Part shown: positions 6,866 to 12,878 of the stretch, piece after piece | Position numbering within the stretch: the stretch's first letter is position 1 | Layout of the letters: every line of letters begins with the position of its first letter | Assembly: GCA_046726415.1 (NCBI GenBank) | Contig: JBKPAK010000100.1 | Coordinates: 1 to 12,878, forward strand | Reading direction: 5' to 3' | From: Candidatus Methylomirabilota bacterium | Lineage (GTDB): Bacteria > Methylomirabilota > Methylomirabilia > Rokubacteriales > CSP1-6 | DNA length: 12,878 nt | The notes under the pieces: model-generated | The model's input: only the letters and a program-made list of their open reading frames with translations | The model's database searches: none | What the model was told of the DNA's origin: nothing | Program-made: the position numbers and the translations under genes

Positions 6866-7942
6866 ATGAGAGTGCGATGTCCCTCGGCTCGTTTCTGGCT
6901 CGTTCTCGCGCTCGCCCTCGCCGCGCTCGTCGCGGCCGGCATCCCCGACTCGCGGTCGGCCCGGGCGGCGGGGAAGGTGAAGCTCACCATGTTCATTTGG
7001 GCCGGCGCCAACCAGGGCGTCGTCCCGCGCGAGGTCGTCGCCAAGTACCTGAAGACGCACCCGGACGTGGAGATCGAGTTCTGGGAGTCGACGAACGCCG
7101 CGACGTATCCCAAGATGCTGGCGGCGAAGCAGGCCAACCCCGATGCCCCGCTGGTCAACTTCGGCTACTTCAACGTCGACCTCTCGAACCGCGGCGACAC
7201 CGACGACATGTGGGTCCCGATGGACCCCGCCCGCATCCCGGCGCTCGCCAAGCTGCCGTCTGGCCTTCGCCGGCCCGGGAATCGGGGCCTCGGGTTCTCG
7301 GTGAGCCACGTCGGCCTCATGTACAACAAGAACCTCGTCAAGGACCCGCCGACCTCCTGGACCGCGCTGTGGGACCCGAAGTGGCAGGGGAAGGTGACGT
7401 TCTTCGACAACAACTTCATGCCGCTCGTGGTGGCCGCCCGGCTCAACGGCGGCAACGAGCAGCAGGTCGAGCCCGGCTTCCGCCTGTGGACCGAGCACGC
7501 GCGGAACATCCGCGCGCTCCCCACCACGAATGACGCGCTCAAGAACATCGTGGTGACGGGCGAGGCGCAGATCGCGCCGTGGTTCGCGGGCATCTGGAAG
7601 TTCTGGGCGGACGAGGGCGCGCCGCTCGGCTTCGTGAACCCCAAGGAGGGGGCGATCGCCTTCCCCCTGTACCTCCAGATCGTCAAGGGCAGCACGCCGG
7701 ACCAGATCAAGGTCGCCGAGGAGATCATCAACGAGCTGATGACGCCGGAGAACAACTCGCGGGACGCCCAGCTCACGAACAAGATCCCCGCCTTCGCAAC
7801 GCCGACGCTCGCCCAGCAAATGGATCCGGCGTTCAACCCGAAGGTGATCGACAGCGCGATCTGGCTCGACTGGGGCGTCATGGGCCAGAAGGCCAGCGAG
7901 TGGCGCTCGCGGTGGGAGAAAGAGGTCAAGTCCCGGATGTAG
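6866..7942 (+). CDS. Polyamine/opine-type (PotD/PotF-like) ABC substrate-binding protein, 358 aa
   Basis: Hydrophobic signal peptide ending ARA, GLMYNKNLVKDPPTSWTALWDPKWQGKV, PKEGAI, C-terminal IWLDW..W..RWEK. GGGAGG lies 6 nt before the ATG. Confidence 0.9.
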   Translation: MRVRCPSARFWLVLALALAALVAAGIPDSRSARAAGKVKLTMFIWAGANQGVVPREVVAKYLKTHPDVEIEFWESTNAATYPKMLAAKQANPDAPLVNFGYFNVDLSNRGDTDDMWVPMDPARIPALAKLPSGLRRPGNRGLGFSVSHVGLMYNKNLVKDPPTSWTALWDPKWQGKVTFFDNNFMPLVVAARLNGGNEQQVEPGFRLWTEHARNIRALPTTNDALKNIVVTGEAQIAPWFAGIWKFWADEGAPLGFVNPKEGAIAFPLYLQIVKGSTPDQIKVAEEIINELMTPENNSRDAQLTNKIPAFATPTLAQQMDPAFNPKVIDSAIWLDWGVMGQKASEWRSRWEKEVKSRM

Positions 7943-7960
7943 CGCCCCCCGCGCTGGCTG

Positions 7961-9052
7961 ATGGCGATCGGGGCGCCTGGGACGCACGGCGCGGACCTGG
8001 ACGTCCGCGCGATCACGAAGCGCTTCGGGACCGTCGTTGCCGTCGAGGCGGTGTCGTTCACGGTCCGGGCGGGGGAGTTCTTCTCGCTCCTTGGCCCGTC
8101 CGGGTGCGGCAAGACGACGACCCTCCGGGCGATCGGCGGCCTCGAGACCGTCGACGAGGGCGACATCCTGATCGGGGGCCGGCCGATGGGCCGGCTCCCG
8201 CCGAATCGCCGCGAGACCAACATGGTCTTTCAGCGGCTGGCCCTCTTCCCCCACTACTCCGTGTTCGACAACGTCGCCTTCGGCCTGCGGATGCGCCGCC
8301 TCGCCCAGTCGGAGGTGGAACGCCGCGTCGCCGAGACGCTCGCCCGGGTCGAGCTGGGCGATCTCGGGGCGCGACGCATCGGCGAGCTGTCGGGCGGCCA
8401 GCAGCAGCGGGTGGCCCTCGCGCGCGCCCTCGTCAACGAGCCGCGGATCCTCCTCCTCGACGAGCCGCTGTCCGCCCTCGACCTCAAGCTTCGCCTCCAG
8501 CTGCAGGAGGAGCTGAAGGGGCTCCAGCGCGGACTGGGCACGACGTTCATCTACGTCACCCACGACCAGGGCGAGGCGCTGGCCATGTCGGACCGCATCG
8601 GCGTGATGGCGGGCGGGCGGCTCGAGCAGGTCGGCACGCCGCTCGAGATCTACGAGCGCCCGGCCACGCGCTTCGTCGCTGGCTTCATCGGAGACGCGAA
8701 CCTGGTGGAGGCCGTCGTCGAGGGCCTCGACGGCGACGGGCTGGTCGCCCGGGTGGGCGACGCGCGCGTCCGGGCCCGGCGCCGCGGCGAGGAGCGCGCG
8801 GGGGCGCGGCTCACCTTGTGCGTCCGCCCCGAGCGGGTTCGCGTCGGCCGCCCTGACGGCCGCGCCGATGGTCTGGTCGGTCGCGTGGAGGATCGCGCCT
8901 TCTCGGGATCCCTCGTGAAGTATCGCCTGGCGGTCTCCGGGCTCCGGCTCCACGCGGCGGTTCCCTACGTGCACGGAACTCCGCTGTTCGAGGTGGGCGA
9001 CGCGGTCGCCGTCGGCTGGGACGGGGACCAGGCGGTGACGGTGCCGGCGTGA
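7961..9052 (+). CDS. ABC transporter ATP-binding protein (PotA-like)
   Basis: Walker A GPSGCGKTT, Q-loop MVFQ, signature LSGGQQQR, Walker B LLLDEP, H-loop VTHDQ, FVAGFIG, and a TOBE-like C-terminus. Confidence 0.96.
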   Translation: MAIGAPGTHGADLDVRAITKRFGTVVAVEAVSFTVRAGEFFSLLGPSGCGKTTTLRAIGGLETVDEGDILIGGRPMGRLPPNRRETNMVFQRLALFPHYSVFDNVAFGLRMRRLAQSEVERRVAETLARVELGDLGARRIGELSGGQQQRVALARALVNEPRILLLDEPLSALDLKLRLQLQEELKGLQRGLGTTFIYVTHDQGEALAMSDRIGVMAGGRLEQVGTPLEIYERPATRFVAGFIGDANLVEAVVEGLDGDGLVARVGDARVRARRRGEERAGARLTLCVRPERVRVGRPDGRADGLVGRVEDRAFSGSLVKYRLAVSGLRLHAAVPYVHGTPLFEVGDAVAVGWDGDQAVTVPA

Positions 9053-9900
9053 AGGTGCGGGGCTGGCTCGCCGCCGCGCTGCTCGCGCCGGTCCTCGCGC
9101 TGACGGCGGGCCTCTACGTCGTGCCGCTCGGAGTGTACCTGGTCAACGGGTTCTACCGATTCAAGGACGGCCGCATCCTGCGGGTGTGGACGCTCGACAC
9201 GTACGCGGCGTTCTTGACCGACCCCTTCTCCTACAAGATCGTGGGCACGTCCCTCCTGCTGGCGGGCATCGTCACCGCGCTCGCCCTGCTCGTGGGCTAT
9301 CCCTTGGCCTACGCGCTCCAGACGCGCGTGAAGAGCGCCCGGGCCCGCGCCGTCATCGCCGTGGTTCTCTTCTGCCCGCTCATGATCAGCGTGGTCGTCC
9401 GCACCTACGGCTGGCTGATCCTCCTGGCCAACCAGGGGCTGGTGAACACCACGCTCCTCCGGCTGGGGTTGATCGACCAGCCCGTCCGCCTCCTCTTCAA
9501 CATGCAGGGCGTCGTGATCAGCCTGACGCACATCCTGCTGCCGTTCGCGATTTTCCCGATCTACAGCGTGCTGGGGAAGCTCGACTCCTCGCTCAAGGAG
9601 GCGGCGCGCGACCTGGGCGCCGGGCCGTGGGCGGCGTTCTGGCGGGTGACCTTGCCGCTCACGCTCCCCGGTGTGGCCTCCGGCGGTGTGATCTGCTTCA
9701 CGCTCGCCCTGTCGGCGTTCGTCACGCCGCAGCTCCTGGGCGGCGGCCGCGTCCAGGTGCTCCCGCTGACGGTCTACAACAGCACGGTCGAGATCAACTG
9801 GCCCGAGGGGGCCGTCACCAGCGTGGCCCTCCTCGCGCTGTCGATCCTCGCCGTCTGGGCGGTCAACCGGGCGCTGCGGCGCCTGCCGACGGTGGCGTAA
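9049..9900 (+). CDS. ABC transporter permease (PotB-like)
   Basis: GYPLAY, SVVVRTYGW..L...GLVN, EAA loop LKEAARDLGA, VTLPLTLPG, FVTPQLLGG. GTGA overlap with the ATPase stop. Confidence 0.95.
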   Translation: MKVRGWLAAALLAPVLALTAGLYVVPLGVYLVNGFYRFKDGRILRVWTLDTYAAFLTDPFSYKIVGTSLLLAGIVTALALLVGYPLAYALQTRVKSARARAVIAVVLFCPLMISVVVRTYGWLILLANQGLVNTTLLRLGLIDQPVRLLFNMQGVVISLTHILLPFAIFPIYSVLGKLDSSLKEAARDLGAGPWAAFWRVTLPLTLPGVASGGVICFTLALSAFVTPQLLGGGRVQVLPLTVYNSTVEINWPEGAVTSVALLALSILAVWAVNRALRRLPTVA

Positions 9901-9906
9901 GGCGCC

Positions 9907-10713
9907 GTGCACCCGGGCCGCGGGCGAGACGCGCTTCTCCGGACGGTGCTGGCGCTCGGCGTCGGGTTCATCCTGCTGCCCCTCGCCATCGTCGTCCTCT
10001 ACTCGTTCTCCAGCGTGGCCTACGGCGTCTTCCCGCCGCCCGGCCTGTCCCTCCGCTGGTACGCGCACCTCGTCGACCAGCCGGCCTTCGGACGCGCGTT
10101 CCTGCGCAGTCTCGGCATCGGCCTCGCGGCCACGGGCCTGGCGCTGGCCGTCGGCGTGCCGGCGGCGCTCGCCCTGGTGCGCGGCCGCTTCCCCGGCCGT
10201 GACGCCCTCCAGGCGTTCCTTCTGTCCCCGATCGTGATGCCGAAGATCGTGCTCGGCGTGGGGTGGTTCATCTTCTTCGCGCGCCTCGGGATCCAGGGCG
10301 GGGTGCTGCCGCTCGTGCTCGCGCACACGATCGTCGTGCTGCCGTTCGTCATCAACATCGTGGCGGCGAATCTGGTCGGGCTCGACGCAGCGCTGGAGGA
10401 GGCGGCCCAGGATCTCGGGGCCTCGAAATGGACGGTGGTCTGGCGGATCGTGCTGCCCCAGATCCGGTCGGGCCTGATCGTGAGCGCGCTCCTCGCCTTC
10501 CTCGTGTCGTTCGACCAGGTCGAGAGCTCGATCTTCCTGACCCGGGGCGCGAACAACACGCTCCCCATCGAGATGTTCCTCTACATGGAGAAGTGGCAGG
10601 ATCCGACGATCGCGGCGCTGTCGGCGCTGCTGATCCTCTTCGCCTTCGCCCTCGTCGCCGGCGCGCTGGTGGTCGCTCGCGGGGTGGACGTCCGGCGGAT
10701 CCTGCCCCGCTGA
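9907..10713 (+). CDS. ABC transporter permease (PotC-like)
   Basis: YSFS..FPPPGLSLRWY, SPIVMPKIVLG, EAA loop LEEAAQDLGA, FLVSFD, TLPIEMF, DPTIAA. Confidence 0.95.
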   Translation: MHPGRGRDALLRTVLALGVGFILLPLAIVVLYSFSSVAYGVFPPPGLSLRWYAHLVDQPAFGRAFLRSLGIGLAATGLALAVGVPAALALVRGRFPGRDALQAFLLSPIVMPKIVLGVGWFIFFARLGIQGGVLPLVLAHTIVVLPFVINIVAANLVGLDAALEEAAQDLGASKWTVVWRIVLPQIRSGLIVSALLAFLVSFDQVESSIFLTRGANNTLPIEMFLYMEKWQDPTIAALSALLILFAFALVAGALVVARGVDVRRILPR

Positions 10714-10742
10714 CCGCCGAAGCCAACCGACGGAGGACCCGC

Positions 10743-11558
10743 ATGGAGTTCGCGAACGACGTCGTTATGCTCACCGGTGCAGGCGGCCGCCTTGGCCGGC
10801 CGTGCGCGCTCGCGTTCGCCGCCGAGGGCGCCCGGCTATTGCTCACCGACGCGGTGGCGTCGACCCTCGAGGAGACGGCGCGCCTGGCTCGCGCCCGGGG
10901 CGCGACCGTGGCGGCGGTGCCGGGCGACATCACGCGCCGGGCCGACGTCGAGGCCGCGCTCGCCGAAGGCCGGCGCCGGCTCGGCCCGGTCGATGTGCTG
11001 GTCAACTTCGCGGGCTACGTGCCGGTGAGCCCCGTGCTCGAGGTCAGCGAGGACGAGTGGGACCGCGTCTTCGCCGTCAACGTGAAGGGCACCATGCTCT
11101 GCTGCCAGGCGGTCGGGCGCGAGATGGTCGCGAGGGGCGCCGCCGGCCGGATCGTGAACATCTCCTCCGGCGCGTCCACCTCGGCCCGGGCTGGCGCCGC
11201 GCACTATTGCGGCTCGAAGGCGGCGGTCAACATGCTCACCGAGGTGCTCGCCACGGAGCTCGGCCCCCACCGGATCCGCGTGAACGCGGTGGCGCCGGGC
11301 CTGGTGATGGACTCGGTCGTCCGGAAGGATGCGCCGGTCGCGCACCCCTACGTCCGCGACATGCTCGCGGCCACCCCCCTCGGTCGGACCGGGTCGCCCG
11401 ACGACATCGCCCAGGCCGTGCTCTTCCTGGCTTCGCCCCGGAGCGGGTGGGTCACCGGCGAGGTGCTCTTCGTGACCGGGGGCGCGCACTGCGGGCGGAC
11501 CCACATGGCGACGGCGGCGGGCCCCCTCGAGCCCGAGCCGGGGAGAACGCGCGCCTAG
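10743..11558 (+). CDS. Classical SDR-family NAD(P)-dependent oxidoreductase, 271 aa
   Basis: TGAGGRLG Rossmann motif, VDVLVNFAG, IVNISS, catalytic YCGSK, IRVNAVAPG, PLGRTG.PDDIA, VTG. GGAGG RBS before ATG 10743. The Asp after beta-2 (LLTD) suggests an NAD(H) preference. Confidence 0.95.
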   Translation: MEFANDVVMLTGAGGRLGRPCALAFAAEGARLLLTDAVASTLEETARLARARGATVAAVPGDITRRADVEAALAEGRRRLGPVDVLVNFAGYVPVSPVLEVSEDEWDRVFAVNVKGTMLCCQAVGREMVARGAAGRIVNISSGASTSARAGAAHYCGSKAAVNMLTEVLATELGPHRIRVNAVAPGLVMDSVVRKDAPVAHPYVRDMLAATPLGRTGSPDDIAQAVLFLASPRSGWVTGEVLFVTGGAHCGRTHMATAAGPLEPEPGRTRA

Positions 11559-12568
11559 CCGGCCAGCGCGTCGAGGTTCGCCCGGTCGCGCGGCCGGGCG
11601 CCGGCCTCGAGCGCCGTGTAGAGATCGAGCATCGCCCGCACGCGGGGCACCGCCAAGCCCGCGCGCTCGGCCTCGGCGACGAGCGCGCCGAGGATCGGCC
11701 CCGCTTCGGTGCGTCGCTTCCTGATCGCGAGATCGCGCCAGATGCCCGTGCGCGTCGCGACGCCCCGGCGCCAGTACGCGCGCTGCGCGTCCCACGTCGC
11801 GCGCGCCGCCGACGACTCGCTGTCACCGCCGCGGAGGCTTCGGGGGTCGAAGCCGTCGACGAGCTCCACCGTCACGCCGAGCGCGTCCGCCACGGCCAGT
11901 CCCTCGGCCACGAGCCCCGACAGCGCGTGGCGGACGCCCGCGTCCTCCAGGAGGTCGACGACGTCCGCGTCCACCATGGCGGTCGCGATGTACACCGTGC
12001 CGAGGAGCAGCTTGCCCCACCGATGGCCGCGGATGTTCGCGGTGGCCTCCGTCGGATGGAAGTCGGACAGGACCCGCGCCAGGGCCGCGATCCGGGAGGT
12101 GAGCCGGCCGTCCAGCTCACCGACCTTGAGGCTCGCGGGCCCGCTGTAGACGATGCGCCCGGGCCGGTCGTAGTAGCCGCCGAACGAGAGGAACGCGGCC
12201 GCCGTCCGAGGCTTGCCCACCAGGGCGGCGATCTTGCCCTCCTCCAGGCCGTTCTGCATCGAGATCACCCAGCCGTCCGGGGCGAGCAGCGGGACCAGCG
12301 GCCGGAGCGCATCTTCGGTATCGAGGGTCTTTACCGCGAGGATCAGCGTCTCGATCGGCCCCGTCACGGCTCCGGGCTCGCAGGTCGGCACCCGCGCGAC
12401 CAGCTGAGCGTGGCCGGCGACCTCCAGGCCGCCGGCCAGGATCGCCGCCACGTGGGCGTGATCCCGGTCCACCAGCTGCACGGCATGGCCGGCCTGCCAG
12501 AGGTGCGCGCCGATGAGTCCGCCGATCGCGCCTGCCCCGACGATGGTCAGCTTCACGCGCCCGATCAT
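11555..12568 (-). CDS. Ketopantoate reductase (PanE/ApbA)-family oxidoreductase of an atypical subgroup; start is ATG 12568 or GTG 12556
   Basis: IVGAGAIGG, LAVKT, SMQNG, GELDG, RWGKL, RRTE. The track extension to 12856 is antisense to the amidohydrolase and is rejected. Confidence 0.88.
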   Translation of the reverse strand: MIGRVKLTIVGAGAIGGLIGAHLWQAGHAVQLVDRDHAHVAAILAGGLEVAGHAQLVARVPTCEPGAVTGPIETLILAVKTLDTEDALRPLVPLLAPDGWVISMQNGLEEGKIAALVGKPRTAAAFLSFGGYYDRPGRIVYSGPASLKVGELDGRLTSRIAALARVLSDFHPTEATANIRGHRWGKLLLGTVYIATAMVDADVVDLLEDAGVRHALSGLVAEGLAVADALGVTVELVDGFDPRSLRGGDSESSAARATWDAQRAYWRRGVATRTGIWRDLAIRKRRTEAGPILGALVAEAERAGLAVPRVRAMLDLYTALEAGARPRDRANLDALAG

Positions 12569-12591
12569 CGCATGGGCGCGGCTCCGGTCGC

Positions 12592-12621
12592 TTGCCAGTG
12601 TCGAGAGCCGTCGTGTATGGT
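12592..12621 (+). promoter_or_regulatory. Putative promoter for the right-hand amidohydrolase (near-leaderless transcript)
   Basis: TTGCCA (12592-12597), an 18-nt spacer, then TATGGT (12616-12621), only 10 nt before ATG 12632. No clear SD sequence. Confidence 0.5.
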
Positions 12622-12631
12622 CGCCAGAGCC

Positions 12632-12878
12632 ATGAAAACCGCGCTCCTGGGCGGCGTTCTCCTCGACGGCCGCGGCGGGCCGCCCCGGCCTGGCACGACA
12701 GTCGTGCTTGACGGTGCCCGCATCGAGGCCGTGTGCACCGAGCGCCGATTCGGACCCGACGTCCGGGTGGTCGACCTCGAGGGCCGAACCGTCATGCCGG
12801 GCCTGATCGACTGCCACGTGCACCTGGCGCCCTGGGCGCTGCGCCTCGTCGGGCACCCGGACCAGCGGCTCCTGGAGC
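12632..12878 (+). CDS. Metal-dependent amidohydrolase, N-terminal 82 aa, runs off the right edge (not in the ORF track)
   Basis: My translation: MKTALLGGVLLDGRGGPPRPGTTVVLDGARIEAVCTERRFGPDVRVVDLEGRTVMPGLIDCHVHLAPWALRLVGHPDQRLLE. It carries the hallmark DLxGxTVMPGLIDxHxH metal-binding motif. Confidence 0.93.
   Translation, partial: MKTALLGGVLLDGRGGPPRPGTTVVLDGARIEAVCTERRFGPDVRVVDLEGRTVMPGLIDCHVHLAPWALRLVGHPDQRLLE

Noticed and set aside
6579-6869. 96-aa ORF in the intergenic gap
   Set aside because: TTG start without an RBS, no motifs, and it runs across the predicted promoter of the next operon.
6437-8974. 845-aa minus-strand ORF (also 8965..10326)
   Set aside because: Antisense shadow of the Pot-like ABC genes with no recognisable family motifs.
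12569-12856. N-terminal extensions in the ORF track for the KPR-like gene (also LLM 4946-5224 and SDR 10263-10742)
   Set aside because: These overlap neighbouring genuine genes. Family homology and RBS or promoter signals begin at the downstream starts.
1-12878. CRISPR arrays, tRNA/rRNA, IS elements, defence or phage genes
   Set aside because: On reading I saw no spaced direct repeats, structural RNA signatures, or transposase, integrase or nuclease motifs. Nearly all the sequence is explained by metabolic and transport genes.

Overview
High-GC (roughly 70%+ by eye) bacterial DNA, densely coding, that looks like an uptake and catabolism locus for small nitrogen-containing compounds. Minus-strand operon 1 (5108->142): atypical M24 pita-bread hydrolase, Dpp/Opp-type ABC binding protein, two permeases (no ATPase), and a small GAF-like gene that the ORF track missed. 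Divergent from it: an LLM-class (possibly F420-dependent) oxidoreductase and a lower-GC VOC/glyoxalase gene. Plus-strand operon 2 (6866->11558): complete PotD/A/B/C-like ABC transporter plus an SDR. This converges on an atypical ketopantoate-reductase-family gene, which is divergent from an amidohydrolase running off the right edge. The most striking feature is a sharp junction at 141/142, where a plus-strand amidohydrolase and the minus-strand GAF-like gene both lose family similarity at the same base. This implies a deletion, a tandem-duplication/circle junction or an assembly chimera. The M24 and KPR-like enzymes show altered active-site motifs, suggesting an uncharacterised pathway. I found no RNA genes, CRISPR arrays, mobile elements or transcription regulators. 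All family calls come from motif recognition only; no database searches were run.
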